Shown piece after piece: positions 1-9,100 of a stretch of DNA of 42,977 nt. Each line of letters opens with the position of its first letter. Position 1 is the stretch's first letter. This DNA comes from an uncultured Candidatus Bathyarchaeia archaeon (GTDB taxonomy: Archaea; Thermoproteota; Bathyarchaeia; RBG-16-48-13; GCA-020345945). The stretch lies in assembly GCA_964495315.1 (NCBI GenBank), contig CAZBVH010000003.1, positions 5,121 to 48,097 of the forward strand, given 5' to 3'. The notes below the pieces were generated by a model. It was not told the origin of the DNA. It ran no database searches and saw nothing but the letters and a program-made list of their open reading frames with translations. Position numbers and translations under genes: made by a program.

Positions 1-68
1 TTCTTCTCCTGCTTTTTCCCAGATCGCCCTATGTCGTCCTGGTTCTTCCTATTCTGGTCGAACTCTAC

Positions 69-1049
69 GTGTTTGCCGGGGTTTTTCTGCAATATGATGA
101 TTCCTCGGCTGCTCGTAGAATAGGCCCACGTGCCGATGTCAGACGTCTGCAGGGGCTTGGGAAGAATCTGAGAGTCATTCCCTTGCTTGGGTTCATTGTG
201 GCTGGATATGCTCTCTCGTATCTGAACCAGGGGACGGCGCCATCGACAGCTGTTTTCATGGTTACCGCCGCCTTCACTCTTTACTGTCTTGCGAGAGAGG
301 GTTCAAGGTGGATTCGAGTTGGGCGGGTCAAGAGGCAGGGGTATGTCTTCTCCGATCCTGAAAGGAGGATTGAAGTGGATCAAGCAGGGAGAGAGAGGAG
401 GTTCTATCTATCCTGGAAGGGACAAAAGGCTTCTCTGCTGGATCCGGAAGTGCCGCTTCTCTACGAGTTGGGAGAACTCGATCGTCAAGGAAAGATACGG
501 GATCTGCCCAGTTTGCTTCGGAGGATCCATGCTCTCCGAGTCGGCTTTGAGAAGGATGGATGGAAGATTACGCCTTCGGGGCAGCCCGGTGTCTACACTA
601 TGCATAAGGGGGACCTCTCGGAGCTGGTGACGATATCAAGGCGGGATGCTTCATGGCTCATTCGATCTGCTACGAATAGACCTCACGAACTTCTCCTGAG
701 GGCTCAGCAGATTGCGACCCGATTGAAAGCTTACAAGCACATTACGAGGCACCTGAAGAATGTCACGTACGCTGGGAATCACTCTGTTATCTCTACGAGC
801 AACGGTGAGGTGTTTGTAGACCTCCACGATGGGAAGGTCTACAAGGAGGACGAATGGTCCGGTCATGACTCAGGCTTCGTCTGCATCGTCCCTCAACTCA
901 CGTATCCAGTAGGTGCGGGGAATTCCGTGATCCAGTCCAGTGGCGCTGAGAGGAGCGAGTATTCCATGGAGTGGCATGACACGATCATACTCTCAAAGAT
1001 CTTCAATATATCGAGAGAGACCTTCCCGGTCAGAGACCTGTTGAGATAG
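69..1049 (+). CDS. hypothetical membrane-anchored protein (possibly 5'-partial)
   Basis: 326-codon ORF from GTG at 69. The frame stays open and hydrophobic (LLLLFPRSPYVVLVLPILVELYV) back to base 3, so the gene may begin upstream of the window. Two TM-like helices (VIPLLGFIVAGYALSYL, AVFMVTAAFTLYCLA) precede a ~240-aa soluble region with no motif I recognise. Confidence 0.55.
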   Translation: MFAGVFLQYDDSSAARRIGPRADVRRLQGLGKNLRVIPLLGFIVAGYALSYLNQGTAPSTAVFMVTAAFTLYCLAREGSRWIRVGRVKRQGYVFSDPERRIEVDQAGRERRFYLSWKGQKASLLDPEVPLLYELGELDRQGKIRDLPSLLRRIHALRVGFEKDGWKITPSGQPGVYTMHKGDLSELVTISRRDASWLIRSATNRPHELLLRAQQIATRLKAYKHITRHLKNVTYAGNHSVISTSNGEVFVDLHDGKVYKEDEWSGHDSGFVCIVPQLTYPVGAGNSVIQSSGAERSEYSMEWHDTIILSKIFNISRETFPVRDLLR

Positions 1050-1308
1050 GACTGAGGGGTGCTCCCGCACCTCCTGGTCTCCCTGTTTTCTTGGGGATTC
1101 TAGTGCCGATGTATTGGTGGGTTTGAGGTAACTAGATGACGGGCCATACGGCTAGCCTCAAGCGAGCTCGAGGCTGTATTTGACGGGAATATTGCTGGGT
1201 TGCAGGATTGATGTGAAGGGCTACATTCTATCCGCTCGGCTGTCTTCGCCTGTGAGAGGACGCGGCTATCCTCTCAGGCTCTAGATCGATAGGGACTGTG
1301 TGTGATAT

Positions 1309-2505
1309 TCAGCCTAGTTTTACTCCGAGTTCCAGTATGCCGAGTCCCAGGTAGAAGAGAGCGGCTGAGGCCATGAATATGGGGAACATGCCGAAGTAGT
1401 CGGCTATGAAGGCGGCCATGATAGGCCCTATTATCCCTACGAGGCTGGTTGGGAGGAAGTAAAGGGCATATCCTGTTGCTATCTTCCTTCTGGGGGAGAG
1501 GTGGGCGGTTATGGCTTGGGTTGCAGGCATTCCTAGCGTTGAGAGGAAGCTGTAGGCGAGGTAGAGCATCATGAAGGGCAGCATCTCTCTCGTGAGGAAG
1601 GCTACCAGGAAGCACGTGTATGATGCCAAGTATGAGGTTACCACGCACCGTTTCTCGCCGAAGCGTGATGCAAGCCCCCCTCCTAGGGGTGCGGCTATGA
1701 GGCCCGTGAGTCTGCTGAGGCCTAGCATAAATCCTATGGAGGCGAGGTTCCATCTCCGAGATTCTGCGAGGTAGATGCTTAGGAAGGTCAAGGTCATTGA
1801 GCCGCCCAGCCCCACGATACCAGTGGACAGGAGAAAGAGGGTCATGCCGGTTGAGAGGAGCCTAGGCTCCTTCTCAGCCTCAACCGGGGACTTCTCGATC
1901 ACGCTGCTAGGGAGATCGCCGGACTCAGGTCTTATGAATTGTAGTACTCCGAGGCCGAGGAGTATTGGGACAACCCAGAAGAGGTAGGTTTGTCTCCAGC
2001 CGTAGCCCATCGCCTCCATGAGTATGGTTATGGAGAGGGGGCCGAGGGCGAAGCCAAAAACTCCTCCCGAGTCCAGCAACCCTAGGACCTTAGCCCTTTC
2101 CTTTGGAGGGGTGTTTCTGGTTACGTAGCTGCTGGCTGAGGGGTGGTAGAAGGTGGAGTTGAGTGTGAGCAGGACGGTGGCTACTGTGAACATGATGACG
2201 TTTCCAGATAATCCTGCTATTAGGGCGCCTGCCGCTGCCATGCCGATGCTGAGGGCTGTCAACTCCTTTGCGCCGATCCTGTCGGAGAGGAGTCCCGCAG
2301 GTACCGTGAATAGGACCTGGAAGAGTGCGGGAATGGCGGCGATGACTCCTAGCTGCTGGTTTGTGAGAGTGAACTCCTCTTTTATCACCGGGAAAATGGC
2401 AGCGTGGATGCTTCCTGCCACATGGGTGAGGCAGTGACTAATAGACATGACCAGTAGGCTGAAGCTGAAGACGCTCCCCTCTGCCTCATAGGATCCATTT
2501 TTCAA
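1309..2505 (-). CDS. MFS transporter
   Basis: 398 aa and about 12 hydrophobic segments with typical MFS loops (LSDRIGAKE, ASRFGEKR). TTG start at 2505; an internal ATG (MSISH) is an alternative start. Confidence 0.8.
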   Translation of the reverse strand: MKNGSYEAEGSVFSFSLLVMSISHCLTHVAGSIHAAIFPVIKEEFTLTNQQLGVIAAIPALFQVLFTVPAGLLSDRIGAKELTALSIGMAAAGALIAGLSGNVIMFTVATVLLTLNSTFYHPSASSYVTRNTPPKERAKVLGLLDSGGVFGFALGPLSITILMEAMGYGWRQTYLFWVVPILLGLGVLQFIRPESGDLPSSVIEKSPVEAEKEPRLLSTGMTLFLLSTGIVGLGGSMTLTFLSIYLAESRRWNLASIGFMLGLSRLTGLIAAPLGGGLASRFGEKRCVVTSYLASYTCFLVAFLTREMLPFMMLYLAYSFLSTLGMPATQAITAHLSPRRKIATGYALYFLPTSLVGIIGPIMAAFIADYFGMFPIFMASAALFYLGLGILELGVKLG

Positions 2506-2545
2506 TCGTACCGGGCACTCCGATCCGCAGAGTCTCTAAGAATGG

Positions 2546-2850
2546 TCAATGCCTGCTAAAAGCATTCTTTTCCATGGTCTGCTGGAGATCAGCCCGTGCC
2601 GCGAGTTCTTCGATGACAGAAGTGTTCGGGAAGAGGGTGCCGACGTTTTCCCGGCTTCGATATAGCTTATCGGTTTCTCTCAGATGGCTGAGACCTGGGT
2701 CTTTGACGCGCCTTGAGACCTGATGAGGGCGGTTTCGAAGGAGATGTTCACTGAGACGAGAAGCGCAACTCCTATAGCTACACCGATTACTGTGAGAAGG
2801 TTCCTGGTTCTCCCGCGAGTAAGGTTGCGCCAGACAAGTCTCCAGATCAA
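2546..2850 (-). pseudogene. remnant of FtsX/MacB-type ABC permease (N-terminal ~100 codons, frameshifted and truncated)
   Basis: The minus-strand translation from TTG at 2850 (GGAGGT 6 nt upstream) gives IWRLVWRNLTRGRTRNLLTVIGVAIGVALLVSVNISFETA, the classic FtsX-family N-terminus and TM1. It stops at 2680. A second frame continues (ENVGTLFPNTSVIEELAARADLQ) to a stop at 2546. The other ~300 codons of such a permease are absent. Confidence 0.4.
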
Positions 2851-2954
2851 AGTCGAACCTCCGTGGGGACCATCATGCTCTCGATCGTCTTCTTTCTCAA
2901 TTGATCTGGTTTTATGTCTCGATGAGATGGATGATGGCGCATGCTAGGCGGGTG

Positions 2955-3137
2955 TTATCCTCCCTCTGAGAGGGGAACGAAATGTAGCTTGCCGTGCTCT
3001 GCTTTGAACTCTAAGATCCTGACACGATTCTTGTCGCTGGTTGAGTCTAGGACGGCGAGCCATCCCTGTTGTGTGAGTTCGGTGAAGAGTTTTCTCGCCA
3101 TCTCCACGTCTTCGGGGTCTTCGTTTTTCCATTCCAT
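2955..3137 (-). CDS. small hypothetical protein (60 aa)
   Basis: ORF MEWKNEDPEDVEMARKLFTELTQQGWLAVLDS..., divergent from AOR across an AT-rich spacer. An ATACAAAT TATA-like element lies ~25 nt upstream of the ATG, compatible with a leaderless mRNA. No recognisable domain. Confidence 0.35.
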   Translation of the reverse strand: MEWKNEDPEDVEMARKLFTELTQQGWLAVLDSTSDKNRVRILEFKAEHGKLHFVPLSEGG

Positions 3138-3235
3138 GGTGATTTTTGCGTGTTCTTTTGTGATTTGTATGTCTATCCCTCTTCTTCGGCAGAAGTTTAT
3201 GAGTATGGTTTGAGATTTCTCTTTTGGTCTGTGTT

Positions 3236-5068
3236 ATGTCGGGGTATGCGGGTGAGGTTCTGAGGGTAGATCTGGGCAGAGACAGGATTGAGCGTTCACA
3301 GCTGAGTGAGGATGTGGTCAGGAGGTTTATTGGAGGGACGGGATTAGGAGCGAGGTTCCTCTACGATGAGGTCCCTCCTGGAACGGGGTGGTCTGACCCA
3401 GATAATAGGCTGATTGTTGCGGCGGGTCCGCTTAACGCCACGCCTATTGGGGGCTCGGGGTCGGTCTCGGTTACCTCGAAGGGGCCTCTCACTAACGGCG
3501 CTGGGTGTAGTCAGGCGAACGGATATTTCGGGGCATATCTAAGACTCTGCGGTCTCAACGGTTTGATCATACAAGGGAAAGCTGAGAGCCTAAAGCATCT
3601 TTATGTCGACTCGGAGTCGTCTGAACTTAAGGACGCTGAATGGCTTAGGGGAATGGATACCTATAGGACAGCAGACTTGGTGAAGCATGAGTACGGGTGC
3701 AAGGAGCGCGACCTGGCTGTTGCCTCCATGGGGCCTGCCGGGGAGAACTTGGTGAAGTTCGCAGGCATATTCTTTGACCATGGTCACTCAGCATCTCATA
3801 ACGGACTAGGGGCTGTGATGGGGTCGAAAGGGCTCAAAGCTATAGCTGTCAAGCGTGGCAAGTGCAAAGTGCCAATAGGTGATGAGGGCCGAGTTCGAGA
3901 GATATCCAAGAAGCTGATCGAGAACGTAAAGGAGCAGTCAAGAGCGACCTATGATTATGGAACCCTGAACGGACTTCATTCCAACGCTGAGAGAAACATG
4001 ATCCCAGTGAAGAACTACACGACAAGCACTTGGAGGATTGACGAGGAGAGATGGCGGAGATTCACCGGTCAGTACATCAGAGAACGCTTCTCCGTTAGGA
4101 GGAACTCGTGTTGGGCGTGCCAGGTGCATCACTGCGACATCATGAAGATAACTGAGGGACCGTATGCGGGTGAGGAGCTGGAGGAGCCCGAATACGAGCA
4201 GTTTGCAGCCTGGGCGCCCGCCATAGGGCAGGACGATGTGGCTGCGGCGATGATGCTGAGCAAGGAGGTTGATCGGCTGGGGATGGAGACGAATGAGGCT
4301 GGCTGGGTTGTAGGCCTAGCCATGGAGTGTTTCGAGAAGGGTATTCTCACCGGAGAAGAGGCGAATCACCTAGATCTATCATGGGGAAACGCCGAGGGAG
4401 CAAGGCTACTTCTGAATCTGATCGCCAAGAAACAGGGAATAGGCGAATTGCTGAGCGATGGGGTGATGCGAGCCTCAGAGAGGATGGGCGGGGAAGCAAG
4501 AGCTCTGGCAATTCACACCTTGAGAGGGAACACACCACGAGGACACGACCATCGCAACAGATGGACTGAGCTCTTCGATACATGCATATCCAATACTGGA
4601 ACCTTAGAGACTTGGGGAGGCCCTATAGGGCTCGGTCTCACTCCTGAATGGGAAGACATAGTGGCAGCTAATATTCACGACAAAGGGGCAATGATGCTCG
4701 AGGACTCACTGGTGACCTGCCGATTCAACACGAGAATGAATGTCGACCTACTGTGCCAAGCCGTAAGCGCCGTTACAGGGTGGGACTTCTCATGGGAGGA
4801 AGGCATGGAGGTTGGACGGAGGATTGTTCATCTTCTCAGAGCATTCAATGTAAGACATGGCATCGTCGGTAGAGAAGTGGACAGACCTTCTCTCCGATAC
4901 GGTTCTGTCCCTGACTCGGGACCCGGAGAGGGTAAGAGTCTCCAAGACGTTTGGGACGAGATGTTAAACGCCTATTATGCGGGTATGGGCTGGGACAGCA
5001 CAGGTAAACCTCTTCCTGAGACCCTTGAGAAATACGACCTGGGATACGTCGCCAAGGACTTATGGTAA
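3236..5068 (+). CDS. aor: aldehyde:ferredoxin oxidoreductase family (tungstopterin enzyme)
   Basis: N-terminus MSGYAGEVLRVDLGRDRIERSQL...RFIGGTGLGARFLYDEV is typical of the AOR family. GLGAVMGSKGLKAIAV and a Cys cluster (CWACQVHHC plus a distal LVTCRFN) are also present. About 610 aa. The start is taken at ATG 3236 rather than the track start 3224. Confidence 0.9.
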   Translation: MSGYAGEVLRVDLGRDRIERSQLSEDVVRRFIGGTGLGARFLYDEVPPGTGWSDPDNRLIVAAGPLNATPIGGSGSVSVTSKGPLTNGAGCSQANGYFGAYLRLCGLNGLIIQGKAESLKHLYVDSESSELKDAEWLRGMDTYRTADLVKHEYGCKERDLAVASMGPAGENLVKFAGIFFDHGHSASHNGLGAVMGSKGLKAIAVKRGKCKVPIGDEGRVREISKKLIENVKEQSRATYDYGTLNGLHSNAERNMIPVKNYTTSTWRIDEERWRRFTGQYIRERFSVRRNSCWACQVHHCDIMKITEGPYAGEELEEPEYEQFAAWAPAIGQDDVAAAMMLSKEVDRLGMETNEAGWVVGLAMECFEKGILTGEEANHLDLSWGNAEGARLLLNLIAKKQGIGELLSDGVMRASERMGGEARALAIHTLRGNTPRGHDHRNRWTELFDTCISNTGTLETWGGPIGLGLTPEWEDIVAANIHDKGAMMLEDSLVTCRFNTRMNVDLLCQAVSAVTGWDFSWEEGMEVGRRIVHLLRAFNVRHGIVGREVDRPSLRYGSVPDSGPGEGKSLQDVWDEMLNAYYAGMGWDSTGKPLPETLEKYDLGYVAKDLW

Positions 5069-5088
5069 TGGATTGGTCGTGAGCCGCA

Positions 5089-5352
5089 ATGAATCGGGGT
5101 GACGCGCTGAAGGTCTTGATGCTGCTGATGCGGATTCATCCTGATCCGTATGGGATGCATGAGAAGGATCTGAAAGAGAAGCTTGGATGGTCTGAAGAGA
5201 GCTTTGAACACGCCTTGAAATATCTTAGGAAAGAGGGATTGATAGAAGGAAGCGAAGATTTGGTCTTTGATCTTGAAGATCCCGAGCATCCGCCGATCTC
5301 TGTCCGATGGGTTAGGATAACGCAGAAAGGAATCGACTTTCTGGAAAGCTAA
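5089..5352 (+). CDS. small winged-helix-like protein (87 aa)
   Basis: The ORF begins 20 nt after AOR. KDLKEKLGWSEESFEHALKYLRKEGLIEG resembles a wHTH recognition region. Confidence 0.5.
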   Translation: MNRGDALKVLMLLMRIHPDPYGMHEKDLKEKLGWSEESFEHALKYLRKEGLIEGSEDLVFDLEDPEHPPISVRWVRITQKGIDFLES

Positions 5353-5377
5353 GGAATGCAATATTGCCGTAGTTGCT

Positions 5378-5659
5378 TTAGGGCTCTTTCCTTCTTAGTT
5401 CCAGTTCTCCGTTGTCCTTGCATTCGAGGATGAAATCTTGCCACATCGTATATTGCCCGGTCCATCTTTCACGGGGCATAATGATGTGCAGGGCGTGTTT
5501 ATACATGACTGGTTTTGGCTGAGGTGGATATGTGCGTTTGGCCTCAGGAGGCAAAGGAATCGGGACTCTGTATCCGAAGCTAATGTGGGTATACTCGCCG
5601 CCATATGGATCGAAGTCAGCTTTTATCTCCGCCACTACGACATCTTGCTGGTAGACCAT
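5378..5659 (-). CDS. hypothetical protein (93 aa)
   Basis: Clean ATG ORF convergent with 5089..5352. Protein-like composition, no recognised motif. Confidence 0.45.
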   Translation of the reverse strand: MVYQQDVVVAEIKADFDPYGGEYTHISFGYRVPIPLPPEAKRTYPPQPKPVMYKHALHIIMPRERWTGQYTMWQDFILECKDNGELELRRKEP

Positions 5660-6296
5660 TTTCTCTCCTCCGTAGTCACTATCAGCATGAGGTTGGCATT
5701 TTAATTCCTTTTCGAGTATGAACTACCCCGAGTTTCACAGCCATCATGGTCTCCCCAATGGTGATTTGGGGGAGCTAGGACTATTGCTTGTCACCGAATG
5801 CTCTAGCTCCGGTAGCCCTCTCAGATCTGCAGATCCTACGCATTGGTCTGCAGGACGCATTCCTGTATGGAGAGGGGTTGGGTTTGCCGATACGGCGGTG
5901 ATTGCCTCGTACACTGCTCAATTGCCGTCATTATGCAAGTTCTGAGATGTATGAGTAGCAGCGGTCACATAACTGAAAGGCTCGTTCGTATCCGGATGAC
6001 AGACCGTGCTTCATGGAATGTCCTATGTACTGGAGCAACGTCACAAACTTCACTTTTCCACCTCCTTAGAGTCTATCGTTTTCTATGTGGGTTGTTGAGA
6101 AATCCTACCGCTGCCCTCTATGATGGGTTAGAGCGGTTCCAGTCGTCGTTGCGTTCTATCTTTGAGACTGGGTGCCTCAGTTGCACAGTTTTACACATGA
6201 ATAATGGTTCACATTTCATATAAACCTTTCTCCCGACACCCCTAAGAGGAAGAACGCTTAAGAGATGAGGGAACAATCAAGTGAATTGAGGTTCAT

Positions 6297-6674
6297 ATGA
6301 TAAAGCGCCCTTGTTGCACCTTCTTCGACACACTCTCAACAGGGAGTAGACTGGACATCATCCTATCCCTCGCTGAAGGGGAGAAGTCAGTGAGCGAGAT
6401 CTGCGACTCCGTGAATGTGGAGAGAACCAACGTCTCCCACCAACTGAAACTGCTCCGGGAATGCGGCTTCGTGTTCGTGCGCCGGGAAGGAAAAAAGAAG
6501 ATGTATTCTCTCAACTCGGAGACCGTGAAGCCCATAATAGACCTGGCCAGGAAACATGTGGAGCGGTATTGCAGACCTCGACAAGGAGGGAGACGTGGTT
6601 GTCCTCAAACCGGTCAAGAACAGGAAAGAGCTGAGTTCCCCTATCGGAGGAGTCGCGAATCGAAGATCAGGTAA
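6297..6674 (+). CDS. ArsR/SmtB-family transcriptional regulator
   Basis: LDIILSLAEGEKSVSEICDSVNVERTNVSHQLKLLRECGFVFVRREGKKKMYSLN is a canonical ArsR wHTH. The Arg/Gly/Gln-rich C-terminal ~35 aa looks non-native, so the 3' end is uncertain. Confidence 0.75.
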   Translation: MIKRPCCTFFDTLSTGSRLDIILSLAEGEKSVSEICDSVNVERTNVSHQLKLLRECGFVFVRREGKKKMYSLNSETVKPIIDLARKHVERYCRPRQGGRRGCPQTGQEQERAEFPYRRSRESKIR

Positions 6675-6709
6675 TCAAGGCAAAGACGATCTCAGGTCCA
6701 CTAGAAAGC

Positions 6710-7249
6710 GTGAAGATCAGGAGGAATGTTGAGGCCCGAACCTCCATCCTCATATTTCTGTTCCGTTACCTACTCAGGAAGATAGGAAAGAATGTGAAGA
6801 TCGAAACCTTTCGGTTCGTTGACTATTTCGCAGGCTTTGACAGAGTCGGGGCGGTCAAGAAAATCTTCGGCAATGAGACGGAGAGGACAATCAGGGAGCT
6901 CAGGGTCGAGTTTGTATCCGGAATAGGCTACATGGGAGTCAGCGATACAGACGGCCACCTGATAGTAAGCGCAGAATACCTGAAGAGTGGGGACCTGAGG
7001 CACATCTACCTAGACATAATCCATGAGCTCGTCCATGTTAGACAGTTCAGGGAAGGTCTGCAACTCTTTGACCGAAGGTATGGTTACACGGATAGGCCAA
7101 CAGAGGTTGAAGCCTACCGACACGCCGTCGAAGAGGCGAGGCGTATCGGAATGACTGATGACGAGGTATTCCAATACCTTAAGACTGAGTGGATGAGCAA
7201 GGCGGACCATAGAAGGCTTGCCGAGGATTTAGGCATCAGAGCGAGGTGA
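6710..7249 (+). CDS. small HExxH protein (putative minimal zinc metallopeptidase-like)
   Basis: IYLDIIHELVHVRQ (HExxH) with a downstream Glu in TEVEAYRHAV, a gluzincin-like spacing. GTG start at 6710 is uncertain. The stop overlaps the GTG at 7246 of the next ORF. Confidence 0.5.
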   Translation: MKIRRNVEARTSILIFLFRYLLRKIGKNVKIETFRFVDYFAGFDRVGAVKKIFGNETERTIRELRVEFVSGIGYMGVSDTDGHLIVSAEYLKSGDLRHIYLDIIHELVHVRQFREGLQLFDRRYGYTDRPTEVEAYRHAVEEARRIGMTDDEVFQYLKTEWMSKADHRRLAEDLGIRAR

Positions 7250-7266
7250 CTGCTATTCCCAGAAAG

Positions 7267-8067
7267 ATGAGAGTTCTTGTGACCGGGGCCAGCGGCCGCA
7301 TAGGTCGGGCTTTCAGAGAGGGGTATAGAAGCTTCTACTCCTTGAAATTGACATACCATCGAAGCCCTATACAGTCTTCAGCTGAAGAGGAAGCCGTACC
7401 TACCGATATCACGGATCTCGATTCCGTCTTGAAGGCTATGGAAGGTGTCGAGGCTGTGGTTCATCTGGCCGCGGATCCGAATCCTAAAGCACCTTGGAAT
7501 TCCATACTCAAACTTAACCTAGTCGGCACATACAATATTTTTGAGGCTGCCCGCAGATCCAGCGTTAAGAGAGTTGTCTTCGCCAGCTCGAATCATGCCT
7601 GCGGATTCTCAGTCTTGGAGTCAGATCTGGTTGGTCCTGACCTCCCCACAAGACCGGACAGTCTCTACGGCGTGAGCAAGGTCTTCGGAGAGGCGCTTGG
7701 CCGCTACTACTCTGATAGCTTTGGCTTGACGGTGATCTGTCTGAGGATTGGTTGGAGCCCGGGTTTGCAAGATCCCGGCAACCTCTTCAGCAAGGTCCTC
7801 TCGGAGGAGAAGACTCGCGCAAGTGATGCTCTCAAAGGAGAGCAAAGGAAGACCCGAGGAGATCTGTATCCGGCTGAGAAGCTCATTGCGATGTGGATCA
7901 GTGACCGCGATATCGCACAGGTGATACATAGAAGCCTTGAGGCGGACCTGAAGTTCGGCATCTTCTACGCGACCTCGAACAACACTCCAGCGATCTTCGA
8001 TCTAAACGAAACGAGGAGGATTCTCGGATATGAGCCGCAAGACAGAGCTGAGGACTATCTGAGATAG
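7267..8067 (+). CDS. NAD-dependent epimerase/dehydratase (extended SDR)
   Basis: MRVLVTGASGRIGRAF Rossmann motif (TGxxGxxG), and YGVSK (YxxxK) catalytic motif. Start taken at ATG 7267. Confidence 0.8.
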   Translation: MRVLVTGASGRIGRAFREGYRSFYSLKLTYHRSPIQSSAEEEAVPTDITDLDSVLKAMEGVEAVVHLAADPNPKAPWNSILKLNLVGTYNIFEAARRSSVKRVVFASSNHACGFSVLESDLVGPDLPTRPDSLYGVSKVFGEALGRYYSDSFGLTVICLRIGWSPGLQDPGNLFSKVLSEEKTRASDALKGEQRKTRGDLYPAEKLIAMWISDRDIAQVIHRSLEADLKFGIFYATSNNTPAIFDLNETRRILGYEPQDRAEDYLR

Positions 8068-8257
8068 CGCATCTGTTTCGCCCGTCTTTCTATCCCAGTT
8101 CTTCTGGCAGTTGATCATCTCAGAGGCTTCGAGACAGTCCACGAACAGGATCATGCGAATTATAAACATTGGAACGTAGATCCACCAACCTGTAGAGACA
8201 CTGCTGAGTCCGGAGACCAAGTTTTGACACTGGTGACATTGAAGTAGACTGGTATTC

Positions 8258-8734
8258 TCAGAATTGCCCGAATTGCCCTTTCAACGCCTTGCAGATGGGA
8301 CATCTTTCAGGTGCTGCGCCCTCGACGGTGTATCCAGAGACGCTACAGATCTGAATCGGACCCAGATCCACATCCTCTTCTTCATCCACTGCCTGTTTGG
8401 CTTTCTGGTATAGTCCCGCGTGTATCTTCTCTGCTTCGAATGCCCAAGTGAAGCTGACCTCCGTACCCTTCTCACTTTGAGATGTGGCAACCGCAATGTA
8501 GGCGGGATACATCTCGTTGATCTCGAAGACCTTCCCGTCTATCCCTGCTTGAATATTCTCTGCCGTGCTCCTGGCTTCGGAGACCGCCTTAGAATTCGTA
8601 ATCGAATCCCCTTTACTCAATATATTTCTGTGATGGTTCGAGGCGTACATTTCGTGGCACTCGAAACCCTTAAGTGAACGCCATCCGACTTTTTCTGCAG
8701 TACGACTGCAAAGGGCAACAACGCTAGGCAGAGA
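8258..8734 (-). pseudogene. rubrerythrin-like, N-terminally truncated and degenerate
   Basis: AENIQAGIDGKVFEINEMYPAY...EAEKIHAGLYQKAK...RCPICKA matches the rubrerythrin C-terminal half plus rubredoxin-like tail. The frame is open only to a stop at 8735-8737, with no ATG/GTG/TTG before M at 8650. Helix A is missing, the first ExxH reads E-M-Y-A, and the first CxxC reads C-S-V-S. Confidence 0.5.
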
Positions 8735-8740
8735 TTAACC

Positions 8741-8905
8741 ATGTACGCATTCCCTAAGAGCAAGACATGGCGTTGTCTTGACTGCAAGTATGAGACGAGA
8801 CTTCTTGAGGGCGAATGGCTCGATCATTGCCCCATATGCAGGTCTTCTCACTACCTGTGGAACTCTGAGGGGCAACCTGTTCTTCGATCTGAGCAGAGAG
8901 CTTGA
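8741..8905 (+). CDS. small zinc-ribbon protein (54 aa)
   Basis: Not in the ORF track (<60 aa). ATG at 8741 gives MYAFPKSKTWRCLDCKYETRLLEGEWLDHCPICRSSHYLW..., CxxC-x14-CxxC. Confidence 0.45.
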   Translation: MYAFPKSKTWRCLDCKYETRLLEGEWLDHCPICRSSHYLWNSEGQPVLRSEQRA

Positions 8906-9100
8906 TGCTCGCCTCGATGTCATCGCATGCTTTTCGATGCCAGATCGTCTTCTGTCCCAGGCAGGATAGGTGTCCGTCAAGCACTCTTCTTGTTGCACAT
9001 CTGGATGAGATCCTTTGGATAAGAATCTCCCTGGATGCAGGGAAAACCCTTGCAGCAGAGGCAGCAAAGTTGAGAGGGAAAACGCCCGGTGTGCTTTCTG

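Noticed and set aside
1274-1753. 159-aa ORF overlapping the 3' part of the MFS gene in another frame.
   Set aside because: It is Arg/Pro/His-rich with low-complexity translation typical of an off-frame read of a membrane-protein gene.
3224-5068. Possible unusual Fe-S ligand spacing in AOR (CWACQVHHC = CxxCx4C).
   Set aside because: I cannot recall the exact family consensus spacing with certainty, so I make no claim of novelty without an alignment.
5843-6223. 126-aa plus-strand ORF in the arsR upstream gap.
   Set aside because: It is Cys/Leu/Arg-rich and not protein-like, with no SD or promoter spacing. I kept the region only as an unexplained gap.
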